A stretch of 64,000 nucleotides of DNA from a virus (lineage: Duplodnaviria > Heunggongvirae > Uroviricota > Caudoviricetes): positions 1 to 64,000 of the IMG/VR virus record IMGVR_UViG_3300047560_001287. One strand, given 5' to 3'. The notes under the pieces were generated by a model. That model did not search any database, was not told where the DNA came from, and saw only the letters and a list, made by a program, of their open reading frames with translations. Shown here one piece after another: positions 46,018-55,326 of the stretch (the stretch's first letter is position 1; each line of letters opens with the position of its first letter). The translations under genes were made by a program, and so were the position numbers.

Positions 46018-46254
46018 ATGAACGCAGACCACAATGATTTACTAGGACGTGAGGTCAAAATTGATGACTATGTTGCATTTTGTCATCACAATAGCCTATA
46101 TGTTGGGAAAGTTATTAAAGTGACACCTAAGCAGGTTCGTGTCATTCCCATTGGTGCAGGGCGCTGGCGTGAAGAAGGTATGCTAAAGTATACAACACAA
46201 TGCTGTCTTGTAGGTGGACCTGAACTCACGTTCCATATCTTAAAAAACGGTTGA
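46018..46254 (+). CDS. hypothetical protein (78 aa)
   Basis: Stop TGA lies inside the next -35 TTGACA. Confidence 0.4.
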   Translation: MNADHNDLLGREVKIDDYVAFCHHNSLYVGKVIKVTPKQVRVIPIGAGRWREEGMLKYTTQCCLVGGPELTFHILKNG

Positions 46255-46279
46255 CAATAAATCGTTTTGGGCATATAAT
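46251..46279 (+). promoter_or_regulatory. conserved promoter cassette TTGACAATAAATCGTTTTGGGCATATAAT
   Basis: Perfect -35/-10 consensus with 17-bp spacer. First of three tandem copies. Confidence 0.65.
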
Positions 46280-46306
46280 TCTTCTATTGAGTCAAAAGGA
46301 GTTTGT

Positions 46307-46567
46307 ATGTCTATCAAGCGTTTCAAGCAATCCCAAAATTTTCGTGTTATCATCGGTGGTGGTGTTATCACTAGCGGTGTCTCATTCTACGCAACTGCTA
46401 AACAGATTCGTAGCGGTGTCGGTGACTTTATGACCTGTAACGCCGCAATACAAAAGGCTCTTGACGCCCTCGAATTCACCCGTTCGGGCAAAGGTGCCGC
46501 AGACCAGTGTGCTATGGGTCTCGTAGGTACTTGGGAAGGTCTTCAAGTTCAACTCAACATTGCTTAA
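46307..46567 (+). CDS. hypothetical protein (86 aa)
   Basis: AAAAGGAG RBS in conserved leader. Confidence 0.5.
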   Translation: MSIKRFKQSQNFRVIIGGGVITSGVSFYATAKQIRSGVGDFMTCNAAIQKALDALEFTRSGKGAADQCAMGLVGTWEGLQVQLNIA

Positions 46568-46578
46568 AGGTAATACTT

Positions 46579-46782
46579 ATGAGTTACATTAGTTTCATTC
46601 CAAAACATGACTACAAACCCCGCAAAGGTCTTGAGGGCCCGTTCGCATACCCCTCGGGTAAAGTTTTGTATTACGATCCTAAGGAAGGAAAGTACTACGA
46701 TCCTACTACCGACTTCTATTTGGAGCATGACGAAGCATCCATCTATTTGAATGAGGTGTTTGATATCCTCAGAAAAGGTTGA
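46579..46782 (+). CDS. hypothetical protein (67 aa)
   Basis: Internal ATG after upstream stop. Stop TGA lies inside the next -35. Confidence 0.4.
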   Translation: MSYISFIPKHDYKPRKGLEGPFAYPSGKVLYYDPKEGKYYDPTTDFYLEHDEASIYLNEVFDILRKG

Positions 46783-46807
46783 CAATAAATCATTTTGGGC
46801 ATATAAT
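46779..46807 (+). promoter_or_regulatory. conserved promoter cassette TTGACAATAAATCATTTTGGGCATATAAT
   Basis: Second tandem copy. Confidence 0.65.
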
Positions 46808-46835
46808 ATAGTCTTATTCAGTTGAAAGGGTTCGT

Positions 46836-47054
46836 ATGAGTTTCACACAATACATGCTTGAATTTTATGGTCCAAATGGTATCTATCCTGAGTATGGGTT
46901 TACTGCAACCCAAATCAGTCTCGCTACCCAACTTTATAAATGCCGCTTGCCTGAAGGCGAAGAATTTTGCGGTGATAGTATAGACCGTGAACGTGTCCGT
47001 GACATAATCTTGTCCGCACGTGAATCTGTGGTTCCCGAGTACGCCAAAATTTGA
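46836..47054 (+). CDS. hypothetical protein (72 aa)
   Basis: GAAAGGG RBS in conserved leader. Stop inside next -35. Confidence 0.45.
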   Translation: MSFTQYMLEFYGPNGIYPEYGFTATQISLATQLYKCRLPEGEEFCGDSIDRERVRDIILSARESVVPEYAKI

Positions 47055-47079
47055 CAATAAATCGTTTCGGGTATATAAT
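47051..47079 (+). promoter_or_regulatory. conserved promoter cassette TTGACAATAAATCGTTTCGGGTATATAAT
   Basis: Third tandem copy. Confidence 0.65.
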
Positions 47080-47113
47080 AGAATCTTAAACAGTCAAACA
47101 ACAGGAGTTAAAA

Positions 47114-47638
47114 ATGGGTACTCGTTCAGTTATCGGCGTGATGCATGGCAACAAAGCAAAAACTGTCTACTGTCATTGGGACGGCTATCTTGACCACAAC
47201 GGTCGCATCCTGTTGGAGCACTATAATTCTAGCAAAGCAAATCATCTGGTTGCGATGGGCGGCTTGTCTAGTCTTGGTAAAGAACTCGGTGAAAAGCACC
47301 CCTTCAGCCCGCACGAATGTGACAGCAAAGATCCTCTGGAACAAAAGCGTGTCCAAGACGAATACAATGCCGCTAAAGATAAAGGCTGGTGTACATTCTA
47401 TAAGCGTGACCGTGACGAGGAAGGTAATGAATTCCAAGTGTGTCAATCTGACAAAGAAATGTACGAACAGTATCCTTGGTGCGAATACTTTTACTTGATG
47501 CAAGACGGTGTCTGGTATGTATCACAAGGTGCGGACACTGAGTGGAAAGTTTTGAGTGATGCTATTCGTGAAGAAGACGAGCCCGGCTATAAGGCACCTA
47601 GCGTTACTCGTTTCATTGGCATGTTGGAGTCAGCATGA
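47114..47638 (+). CDS. hypothetical protein (174 aa)
   Basis: ACAGGAG RBS. Confidence 0.5.
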   Translation: MGTRSVIGVMHGNKAKTVYCHWDGYLDHNGRILLEHYNSSKANHLVAMGGLSSLGKELGEKHPFSPHECDSKDPLEQKRVQDEYNAAKDKGWCTFYKRDRDEEGNEFQVCQSDKEMYEQYPWCEYFYLMQDGVWYVSQGADTEWKVLSDAIREEDEPGYKAPSVTRFIGMLESA

Positions 47639-47796
47639 AAGGTGCTATAATCTGTTCATTGACGATGATACTGGCTTGCTTCTTAGTTGAATCATGGCAT
47701 GATATTCCGAATTATGAGAAAGCGTTGGAAACAGGTTGGAATCAAACTGTTGCTATTCTAATTTACAGCTGGTTTTGGGTTAAGGAAGAACGATGA
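47635..47796 (+). CDS. small membrane protein (53 aa)
   Basis: ATGA overlaps at both ends. Hydrophobic N-terminus. Confidence 0.3.
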   Translation: MKGAIICSLTMILACFLVESWHDIPNYEKALETGWNQTVAILIYSWFWVKEER

Positions 47797-48155
47797 AATA
47801 CTATCAAGAGGTAACTAATTGGGGTAGTGATACTGCACCTAATCACATTTATTACCTCAATGATGAAAAGTCCTTCATGGTTGGGTACATCAAGCAAGGT
47901 ACTAAAGAGCTATTCAAGTTTAAAAATCCTATCCGCATCGACATGCGCGGTCGGAAGTTTGAATTATTGAAAACTAAAGGCGAACCCGATAGTGTTTATT
48001 TCGGTAAGAAAGAAGAACCGAATAACGCTATCGAGGTTCAGGGTTCAAATGGAAAGAAGTATTACCTAACTAAAGTAGGCAATAAGTATACATGTACGTG
48101 TCCTGGTTTTACATTTCGTCACACATGTAAACACATTAATGAAGTAAAGATATGA
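47793..48155 (+). CDS. hypothetical protein (120 aa) with C-terminal CTCPG..CKH
   Basis: ORF. Confidence 0.45.
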   Translation: MKYYQEVTNWGSDTAPNHIYYLNDEKSFMVGYIKQGTKELFKFKNPIRIDMRGRKFELLKTKGEPDSVYFGKKEEPNNAIEVQGSNGKKYYLTKVGNKYTCTCPGFTFRHTCKHINEVKI

Positions 48156-48370
48156 GACAAATCATAATTATAGTTTTAGGTTTGACTATTGGGTATTCTT
48201 TTTCCTATGTTACACTTCCCCGTAAGGATGAAATAGTGTATAATTGTGAATTAGTAGAAATTTCCCCTGACTTTCCTATTGAAGTAAAACAGGGTTGTAG
48301 AAAATTAAGAATGGAAAAAATCAATGAAAAGAGAAATATTCAAGGAGATAGCACTACAAGCGGGCGGTAG
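48152..48370 (+). CDS. small membrane protein (72 aa)
   Basis: ATGA overlap. N-terminal TM. Confidence 0.35.
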   Translation: MRQIIIIVLGLTIGYSFSYVTLPRKDEIVYNCELVEISPDFPIEVKQGCRKLRMEKINEKRNIQGDSTTSGR

Positions 48371-48554
48371 TCATTATCCAGAAGTGGGCGGAGAACTTTT
48401 GCAAAAGTATTCCGATCTATTGTTAGCAGAAGTAATCAACACTATCAAGACCACACCAATTCATTGTGCATTTACTACACACGATTTGGGTGTTGTAGAG
48501 TGTACGATTAGCAAAACAATAGAACATGTAAAAAATCATTTTGACGTAAAGTAA
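48324..48554 (+). CDS. hypothetical protein (76 aa)
   Basis: ORF. Confidence 0.35.
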   Translation: MKREIFKEIALQAGGSHYPEVGGELLQKYSDLLLAEVINTIKTTPIHCAFTTHDLGVVECTISKTIEHVKNHFDVK

Positions 48555-48557
48555 TTT

Positions 48558-49409
48558 ATGAAAGTCGCAGTTTGTTCAGACCTACACTTAGAATTTCAAG
48601 ACCTTGACCTTCACAATACAGAAGGTGCAGAGGTATTGATCCTTAGTGGAGACATTATGATTGCTGAGGACTTGCACCAGCATCCAAATGATCCACCAAC
48701 TGTTACTAATCCGTACGCACCTTATATCAATTTAGGTGCCCGTCAACAAGCGGCTATGAGATTTCGTGGCTTCCTACAACGTTGCAGTGAACGATTCCCG
48801 CATGTTGTTTACGTTGCGGGTAATCACGAATTCTATCACGGTAAGTGGAAGGCAAGTCTGCAAGACCTACGTGACACTTGTGCCCAATTCAATAACGTTT
48901 ACTTTTTAGAACGTGATGTAAAGGTCATCAATGATGTAACGTTCATCGGTGCTACATTGTGGACTGATATGAATAAGGGTGACCCTCTTACTCTACATGC
49001 CATCAATGACATGATGAATGATTTCCGTATCATCAAAAATGATGAACATGGATACACTAAGTTGCGTCCTGCTCATGCAATGTATCGTCACCAGCAAACT
49101 ATCGGTTATCTAAACGCAATACTTCCTGATATGAAGGATCGTAAAATTGTTTTCGTAGGACACCATGCTCCTAGTAAAGAATCTACGCATCCAAAATACA
49201 AGAGTGATTACCTGATGAACGGTGGTTATAGTAGTGACTTGAGTGAATTCATTATGGATCACCCTGAGATTGTGTTATGGACACACGGTCATACACATGA
49301 TCCGTTTGACTACATGATCGGTGAAACTCGCATTGTGTGCAATCCTCGTGGTTACGCAGGATGGGATCCTCACGCTGATTTGTTTCAGTTAAAGTATTTG
49401 GACATCTAA
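48558..49409 (+). CDS. calcineurin-like metallophosphoesterase
   Basis: CSDLHLE (DxH), LSGDIM (GDxxD), AGNHEF (GNHE), GHHAP, THGHTHD motifs in order. Confidence 0.8.
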   Translation: MKVAVCSDLHLEFQDLDLHNTEGAEVLILSGDIMIAEDLHQHPNDPPTVTNPYAPYINLGARQQAAMRFRGFLQRCSERFPHVVYVAGNHEFYHGKWKASLQDLRDTCAQFNNVYFLERDVKVINDVTFIGATLWTDMNKGDPLTLHAINDMMNDFRIIKNDEHGYTKLRPAHAMYRHQQTIGYLNAILPDMKDRKIVFVGHHAPSKESTHPKYKSDYLMNGGYSSDLSEFIMDHPEIVLWTHGHTHDPFDYMIGETRIVCNPRGYAGWDPHADLFQLKYLDI

Positions 49410-49508
49410 GTGAAACAAGGTGTCCAATACGTGTTGTATAGTAGAAAATACTATCGTATAATCTATATACGTTGTGAGAGCAACGAATTAACCAAAAGGA
49501 AATCAAAA

Positions 49509-49760
49509 ATGATGACAAAGAGCGAACGCCTAGTTGAGGCACTAAAGAGCGGTGAGAAGCTAACCGCTAAACAAATTGCTTCACGTTTTGGCATTGCTAA
49601 CCCAACTGCCACTGTCAGTGACTTGCGCTTGCGCGGTGGCCATGCAGTTTATGCTAATGAGCATAAAGATGCAAAAGGTAACATCACTGTTAAGTACGAA
49701 TTGGGTCGTCCAAGCCGTAAAGTTGTAGCCGCAGGCTACCGTGCATTGGCACAAGTCTAA
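49509..49760 (+). CDS. small putative DNA-binding (HTH-like) protein
   Basis: AAAGGAAA RBS. LTAKQIASRFGIANPTATVSDLR helix-turn-helix-like segment. Confidence 0.4.
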   Translation: MMTKSERLVEALKSGEKLTAKQIASRFGIANPTATVSDLRLRGGHAVYANEHKDAKGNITVKYELGRPSRKVVAAGYRALAQV

Positions 49761-49775
49761 TCTCGGGAGAGATGA

Positions 49776-49807
49776 GCAAAAAGGGCAATGAGTTGCCCTT
49801 TTCCTAC
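49776..49807 (+). terminator. rho-independent terminator (potentially bidirectional)
   Basis: AAAAA-GGGCAA-TGAG-TTGCCC-TTTTCC. Confidence 0.65.
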
Positions 49808-49825
49808 ATGTACAAATAAATTTTG

Positions 49826-49834
49826 TGTTATAAT
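49826..49834 (+). promoter_or_regulatory. extended -10 promoter element TGTTATAAT
   Basis: TGnTATAAT immediately after terminator. No good -35. Confidence 0.35.
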
Positions 49835-49865
49835 AGTTCTATCAAAAATTTTTTAGGAGTAATGA

Positions 49866-50345
49866 ATGGGTTTCTTTCACAATCTCATGGTCAAGCTAGG
49901 TAGATATAAACTTGTACCCGATCGCACTACAGGCGAAGATTATTTGCATCGTTACTATCTATTGTTTAAGGATCGCAAAGTAGCACCCTTCAACGTGACA
50001 CTTCACAAGATTGTAAAGAGTGACGAACCTATTCTACACGATCACCCTTGGCCTTATTTGACAATCGTTCTCAGGGGTGGTTACTGGGAACATACTCCTG
50101 TTTTTAATAGACAAGGAAAAAAGATTGCTGAATTTCAAGAATGGCGTGGCCCAGGCTCTATCATCAAGCGTAGTGCTAATGAGTTTCACTGGCTTGAACT
50201 TGAAGAAGGCAAGAGTGCTACTACCCTTTTCTTCATGGGACCACAACAACGTGATTGGGGTTTCTTGAAGGGCAACACATGGATGCAATGGCAAGAATAC
50301 TTGTCAGGCAAGACAAAAAAACAACAAGAAAAGAAAGCCGCATGA
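49866..50345 (+). CDS. hypothetical protein (159 aa)
   Basis: AGGAG RBS. Confidence 0.5.
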   Translation: MGFFHNLMVKLGRYKLVPDRTTGEDYLHRYYLLFKDRKVAPFNVTLHKIVKSDEPILHDHPWPYLTIVLRGGYWEHTPVFNRQGKKIAEFQEWRGPGSIIKRSANEFHWLELEEGKSATTLFFMGPQQRDWGFLKGNTWMQWQEYLSGKTKKQQEKKAA

Positions 50346-50464
50346 CTGAACAATTACCAGTAATTGTGACACTACTATCAGTAGTGATTGGCATGTATAT
50401 TGCATTAATAATTGGTTACAGACTAGGTTACAATGACGCAGAAAGAAAGTACAACAATGAATGA
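50342..50464 (+). CDS. small membrane protein (40 aa)
   Basis: ATGA overlap. LPVIVTLLSVVIGMYIALIIGY TM. Confidence 0.3.
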   Translation: MTEQLPVIVTLLSVVIGMYIALIIGYRLGYNDAERKYNNE

Positions 50465-50738
50465 AGACCTCCGAGAAACTCTCATCATATTACAAGAGGA
50501 GCTTATTGAAGCCGCACAAGTTATTTCCAAGTGTTTTAGATTCGGTCCTGACCAGCTTGTTCCAAACACCGACACAACGAACTTACATCGCCTTACGCAA
50601 GAGCTTGGAGATGTTCAAGCGATGATTGAATTGCTTGTTGACTTGAAAGTTGGTATCAACGATCAGGCTTTGTTTGAAGCCAAAATGAAGAAGTTTGAAA
50701 AACTCAAACAATGGTCTAACTTAACTATCGATAAATAA
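50457..50738 (+). CDS. possible MazG-like nucleotide pyrophosphohydrolase domain protein
   Basis: LQEELIEAAQ...LTQELGDVQAMIELL resembles MazG EExxE/helical motifs. Weak. Confidence 0.35.
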   Translation: MNEDLRETLIILQEELIEAAQVISKCFRFGPDQLVPNTDTTNLHRLTQELGDVQAMIELLVDLKVGINDQALFEAKMKKFEKLKQWSNLTIDK

Positions 50739-50742
50739 TTCT

Positions 50743-51123
50743 ATGGATATTATTATTATTTGCAGTATTGCCCTATTAGTGGGTTTTCACTTAGGTGAAT
50801 CAGTTGCTATTTGGCGTGTGAGGAAGAATATACGACAAATTGCAAAAAGTTTGGGTATGGATTTAGACAAAGACCTAGCAGAGTTACAAGAACAGAGAGA
50901 AACAAAGATACTTAAAGTTCGCAGACTTGAAATTGAAAAAGTAAATGATATGTTATATCTATATGACAAAGAAACTAGAGATTTCATTTGTCAAGGTTCA
51001 TCAATGCAAGAACTTGCTAAGTTAGCCAAAGAATATAAAAACATCATCGGTGCAGTTGTGATTGACGGTGACCGCGTGTTTACTTTTACTGACGGGCAAT
51101 CAGAAGAATACAAAGTTCAATGA
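50743..51123 (+). CDS. hypothetical protein with N-terminal TM (126 aa)
   Basis: ORF. Confidence 0.4.
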   Translation: MDIIIICSIALLVGFHLGESVAIWRVRKNIRQIAKSLGMDLDKDLAELQEQRETKILKVRRLEIEKVNDMLYLYDKETRDFICQGSSMQELAKLAKEYKNIIGAVVIDGDRVFTFTDGQSEEYKVQ

Positions 51124-51653
51124 AAGCAAAAATAGGAAAATTTCCTAAACATTCTCGTAGAAAAATTGACGTTCAGATCGACGGGTTTGATACTTGGAGT
51201 TTGGATCACACCCTTGCACTAATAATTTACCCAGCACTATTACAGTTAAAAGAAACTAAGCACGGTGTGCCGAGTGAATTAACCAATGTTGGTGGAGAAG
51301 ATTATGAGGCACAGGATTCATTTGATTTTTACAAAGACACACGCAATGAAGCATTTGATGTTGCATGTGGACGTTGGGACGAAATTTTAGATAAAATGAT
51401 TTGGTCTTTTGAACAAATATTAAAAGATGATTATGACCAGTTATATCATCATGGAAAAAGTGATTACGACTTTGTAGAGTCTGACAAAATGTATCCGAAC
51501 CCTATCACAGGTGTTATGGAAAAAACTTATCAAATGGTTGACAAAGACCCCGATGCACATTGGTATGACCATGAAGGTCACTTGCTACACGAAGCACGTA
51601 TTCAAGAAGGTCTTGAGTTGTTCGGCAAGTATTACAGGAACTTGTGGGATTAA
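51120..51653 (+). CDS. hypothetical protein (177 aa)
   Basis: ATGA overlap. Confidence 0.45.
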   Translation: MKAKIGKFPKHSRRKIDVQIDGFDTWSLDHTLALIIYPALLQLKETKHGVPSELTNVGGEDYEAQDSFDFYKDTRNEAFDVACGRWDEILDKMIWSFEQILKDDYDQLYHHGKSDYDFVESDKMYPNPITGVMEKTYQMVDKDPDAHWYDHEGHLLHEARIQEGLELFGKYYRNLWD

Positions 51654-51654
51654 C

Positions 51655-51882
51655 ATGTTTGAAAATTTAGTATATGATTCCACGTTGAATAAACAGAAAA
51701 AGACTATAGCCAAAAGTGAATACGAAGTCTTTTGTAAAGAATTTATTTTTGATTCATTGTCCGGAGAAACATTTGGTCAATCATTCTGTAGGAAATTTAA
51801 AATTACAGACAACCTTCTTAATTTAGTTTCAAGCGACAGTGAAGCTAAATATCTAATTGAAACACTCGGATATATTAAATGA
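51655..51882 (+). CDS. hypothetical protein (75 aa)
   Basis: Internal ATG after upstream stop. Confidence 0.35.
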   Translation: MFENLVYDSTLNKQKKTIAKSEYEVFCKEFIFDSLSGETFGQSFCRKFKITDNLLNLVSSDSEAKYLIETLGYIK

Positions 51883-52205
51883 CACACTTGGTTACAAACA
51901 ATTGCATCAATTGCAAATACACAGATTGTGTTATCGTGTGCCCAGTTGATTGCTTCTACGAAGGTCCTAATTTTCTCACCATCAACCCAGATGAATGCAT
52001 TGATTGCGGTGTGTGTATACCTGAATGCCCAGTAAAGGCTATTGTACACGAAGATGATATTTCACCAGAAGAACAAAAATATTGGTTTGACATAAACACT
52101 GAACTAAGCAAGAAATGGCCCAACATAACTAAAAAGAAACCAGAACTTCCTAGTGCAGATGAATGGGCTAAGAATCCTGATAAAAAAATATTCCTAGAAA
52201 AATGA
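51879..52205 (+). CDS. fdxA: 7Fe ferredoxin ([3Fe-4S][4Fe-4S], Azotobacter FdxA type)
   Basis: [44 protein letters not shown] nearly collinear with FdI/FdxA. Confidence 0.85.
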   Translation: MTHLVTNNCINCKYTDCVIVCPVDCFYEGPNFLTINPDECIDCGVCIPECPVKAIVHEDDISPEEQKYWFDINTELSKKWPNITKKKPELPSADEWAKNPDKKIFLEK

Positions 52206-52741
52206 AGCAAAAATATATAGACTATTACATGGACGTTGCAGAACGTACAGGTAAACTCAGCCATGCGATTCGCAGACAAGTTGGTGCTGTCATCGTTAAA
52301 GACAATCGCATTTTGTCATACGGCTATAATGGTATGCCCACTGGTTGGGATAACGAATGTGAGTACAAAGAATACATGAGTATTGACGCAGGTGGTTGGT
52401 TAGCCCCTGAAGAAATACATGAACGTTGGCCGCTCACTGAGGAACAAATCAGACATACAGAAGCAGGTGAGCCTTGGGAATATACTGCTAGATATAAGCT
52501 AGTCACTAAAGACGAGGTGTTACATGCTGAAAGTAACGCAATTGCTAAAGTGTCCGGTTCAACTGAATCCAGTGAAAACGCAACATTGTTTGTAACTACA
52601 GCACCGTGTATTCATTGTGCGAAAATGATATTCCAATCGGGTATCAAAAATGTGTTCTACCGAGATTCATACCGTGATGAATCTGGGATAGAGTTCTTAA
52701 CTAAAGGTGGAGTAAGTGTCACCAAATACGAGAAAAGTTGA
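52202..52741 (+). CDS. deoxycytidylate (dCMP) deaminase
   Basis: HAESNAI and [11 protein letters not shown] zinc-binding motifs (HxE, PCxxC). Confidence 0.8.
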   Translation: MKQKYIDYYMDVAERTGKLSHAIRRQVGAVIVKDNRILSYGYNGMPTGWDNECEYKEYMSIDAGGWLAPEEIHERWPLTEEQIRHTEAGEPWEYTARYKLVTKDEVLHAESNAIAKVSGSTESSENATLFVTTAPCIHCAKMIFQSGIKNVFYRDSYRDESGIEFLTKGGVSVTKYEKS

Positions 52742-52913
52742 TATCGCATTACTGTACGGAGATTTAACACCCATCATAAGCTGGTGCGAAAGAAATTGCA
52801 CAGGTGAGTGGGGTTGGAATCAATTAGAACCAGCGGGGGCTGGTGCTGGCGTTTATGAATTTTTCTTTGACGAGGAGCGTGATGCAGTAGCATTCACGTT
52901 ATGGAAAACATGA
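52716..52913 (+). CDS. hypothetical protein (65 aa)
   Basis: ORF. Confidence 0.3.
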   Translation: MSPNTRKVDIALLYGDLTPIISWCERNCTGEWGWNQLEPAGAGAGVYEFFFDEERDAVAFTLWKT

Positions 52914-53182
52914 AGTACTATACATTTTACCGCGAATCTAATAACTTTGATGATATCCTAAAGGATCCTATTGTTAAACAAATCGTTGATATAAAAATTA
53001 AATGGTTTCGACATTTAATGGTTGGTATTGAATCAGAAAAGAATGAACAGAATTTTAGTTTAATCACGTTAAAGTACGGTGATGACATGATTAATCCCGT
53101 AGCTAAAGACTACACACCCATTGCAGGTGTTGATTATACTCCCAAGAAAGATAAAAATAAGTACGTGAAGAAACAAGTTTAA
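52910..53182 (+). CDS. hypothetical protein (90 aa)
   Basis: ATGA overlap. Confidence 0.35.
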   Translation: MKYYTFYRESNNFDDILKDPIVKQIVDIKIKWFRHLMVGIESEKNEQNFSLITLKYGDDMINPVAKDYTPIAGVDYTPKKDKNKYVKKQV

Positions 53183-53916
53183 TGTAAACTTGCAATCATC
53201 TTTGCTTCAGGAATACGTGTCTTTGTATTCTTGCTTCCCAATAAAACAACTGTTCTAACACCGTTGTTTGTTTTTAACATCATTACAATACATCCGCCAC
53301 TCTTGCGAATAAAGCCTGTCTTGCTCACTATAAAATCAAAGTCATGACCTACAAGTGAATTAGTATTGTTAAACGTTGCGACCTTTTTAGAAGTGATAGG
53401 ATATGTCAATCTCATAGTGTTGCTAGCCTTTGTAATAACATTATACGCACTTGCGGCTGATACTAACTTAATTAAATCCTCTGCTGTACTTACGTTTGTG
53501 TCGTATAATCCAGTTGGATCAGTGAATTCACTGCGAAACATTCCCAATGCCATTGCTTTGTCATTCATTGCCCTTACACAACTTTTATATCCACCTGGAT
53601 AAAAATCGCACAATATCTTTGCCGCACTGTTGTCTGATTTAACAATCGATAGTTCTAGCAATTCTAACCGTGTAAATTTTTTGTTGTGTAATTTTTTTGG
53701 AATTGTTTCTAATAATGATTGACCGCTATCTAACACAACTATAGCAGACATTAATTTAGTTATGCTACCAATCGCACGTACTTCTGCTATGTTTGACCCC
53801 TCAAGAATGTTCCCCGCTTCATCAGCTAGCAACCATGCTTGTGCAGTCAATGGAGTTGCAGTTGCAGATAAAACAACCAAAAAGGAACATATAAATGTTA
53901 CCAATTTTCTAATCAT
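53179..53916 (-). CDS. secreted S11-family D-alanyl-D-alanine carboxypeptidase/endopeptidase (PBP, PbpG/DacA-like)
   Basis: Signal peptide. SITKLM (SxxK), SDN, KTG motifs in order. AGAGGA RBS. Confidence 0.75.
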   Translation of the reverse strand: MIRKLVTFICSFLVVLSATATPLTAQAWLLADEAGNILEGSNIAEVRAIGSITKLMSAIVVLDSGQSLLETIPKKLHNKKFTRLELLELSIVKSDNSAAKILCDFYPGGYKSCVRAMNDKAMALGMFRSEFTDPTGLYDTNVSTAEDLIKLVSAASAYNVITKASNTMRLTYPITSKKVATFNNTNSLVGHDFDFIVSKTGFIRKSGGCIVMMLKTNNGVRTVVLLGSKNTKTRIPEAKMIASLH

Positions 53917-54242
53917 AGAGATTTTCCTCTTGGGTAGGGAACTACATTAAACTCCTTTCCATACCCAATTACACATGATAATGAATTTTTAGTTGCAATA
54001 ATAGACCACGTACTTAAAGTCGGGTGTATCCAAATACTCATTATAGATTCGGCTTCATCATCAGCCTTACCAGTAGCTAACGGTACTTCTCTGTAGCTAC
54101 GGCGTAGTTCTCCGAATAGAACATCAGTGTCAAAACACTGAGCCTCAAACGTGATGGCTTCGGGTTCAATCGGAGGTAATTTTTTAGCGTCTTGTGCATA
54201 AACTGAACTTATACACAATACAAGTAAGAGTTTTTTAAACAT
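53913..54242 (-). CDS. secreted hypothetical protein (109 aa)
   Basis: Signal peptide MFKKLLLVLCISSVYAQ. Confidence 0.45.
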   Translation of the reverse strand: MFKKLLLVLCISSVYAQDAKKLPPIEPEAITFEAQCFDTDVLFGELRRSYREVPLATGKADDEAESIMSIWIHPTLSTWSIIATKNSLSCVIGYGKEFNVVPYPRGKSL

Positions 54243-54245
54243 TAG

Positions 54246-54383
54246 TTATTTAGTCTTTTTAGGTTTAGTCGGTTGTGTTTCTTCCTTCATTTTTTTCATA
54301 ACCTTAACAGACATTGGACTCTGGTGATGAGGTGTTTGTTTTGGTTGCTCTTTTAATCTAGGTCTTCTCATAAACCAACTCAT
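54246..54383 (-). CDS. small basic protein (45 aa)
   Basis: AGGAG RBS 7 nt upstream. Lys/Pro-rich. Not in supplied track. Confidence 0.3.
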   Translation of the reverse strand: MSWFMRRPRLKEQPKQTPHHQSPMSVKVMKKMKEETQPTKPKKTK

Positions 54384-54398
54384 AGTCATTCTCCTATG

Positions 54399-54418
54399 AA
54401 AAAGCCCCTTTCGGGGCT
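54399..54418 (-). terminator. rho-independent terminator (minus strand)
   Basis: AGCCCC-TTTC-GGGGCT stem, with T-run on minus strand. Confidence 0.5.
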
Positions 54419-54421
54419 GAA

Positions 54422-54613
54422 TTATTTGTAAAAGTATTCAAATACTTTTTCTTCTGCCTCTTCATAAGTCAATGCTAATAATCGTACTGTAACAGTTTTG
54501 TTATTAAATTGCATGTCATATGGGACGATTCCCGCAAATGTGAAATCATCAGGCAAAACTAAAGAAACCTCATATTCTTTGAGGTTTCCGTCTGATGGTC
54601 GGGTTATACCCAC
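54422..54613 (-). CDS. hypothetical protein (63 aa)
   Basis: ORF immediately upstream of terminator. Confidence 0.35.
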   Translation of the reverse strand: MGITRPSDGNLKEYEVSLVLPDDFTFAGIVPYDMQFNNKTVTVRLLALTYEEAEEKVFEYFYK

Positions 54614-55149
54614 AACCAGATACCTTGAACTAGCATTAGTACTCCAACGCCCGCAACGTATAAACTGGTCTTATACATTTTATTGTTGACTGCTAAAATA
54701 CTAGCAGACAATAAAACAATCGCTAATTGGAATATCATACTAGCAAACGTTAACCACGGACCATGTTTAGCCGCATCATCTCTTGCTTCTTCAAATGCTC
54801 TAGCCTTTGCAAGCAATTCTTTCTTACCTTCACCTGACTTTGGATCAGATTCGTAGCGGTCGATCTTAGCTTGTAGTTTCTCTATCTTTGCTGTGTCTTT
54901 GCGTTGCATCGCATCGTCTAATTGACCTTCAGCAATTGCTTGCTTGATACTCTTAGATTGATAGAAAGCGTATGTGTCTGTAGCCTTTAACATGTTCTTC
55001 ATTACAGCACCTGAGTGCTTGTTTCCAAAGTACGTAGTTAATGCCATAAACAATGCCATGATAACGATAACTAATCCTGCTTTGTCTTTGATTAATGCTT
55101 CACGCTCTGAACGTGATAATGGTTTAACTTCTTTTTGTTCTTCTGCCAT
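54604..55149 (-). CDS. membrane protein (181 aa)
   Basis: AGGAG RBS before ATG 55149. Two TM helices. Coiled-coil middle. Confidence 0.45.
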   Translation of the reverse strand: MAEEQKEVKPLSRSEREALIKDKAGLVIVIMALFMALTTYFGNKHSGAVMKNMLKATDTYAFYQSKSIKQAIAEGQLDDAMQRKDTAKIEKLQAKIDRYESDPKSGEGKKELLAKARAFEEARDDAAKHGPWLTFASMIFQLAIVLLSASILAVNNKMYKTSLYVAGVGVLMLVQGIWLWV

Positions 55150-55169
55150 GATTTTCTCCTTTAATTTAT

Positions 55170-55325
55170 TTAGTGTTTGTCCCACCATCTAATGAATACG
55201 ATTAATATTGCTATACTAATCGCAAATATAGTTGCTAGCACAAAATTTACAATAATTGATGCTATAAGTATTCCCCTGTTCAACAACCAGTTCCAAAGTG
55301 TGTGGTATTCTCTTATTAAACTCAT
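55170..55325 (-). CDS. small membrane protein (51 aa)
   Basis: TM ILIASIIVNFVLATIFAISIAILIVFI. Confidence 0.3.
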   Translation of the reverse strand: MSLIREYHTLWNWLLNRGILIASIIVNFVLATIFAISIAILIVFIRWWDKH

Positions 55326-55326
55326 A

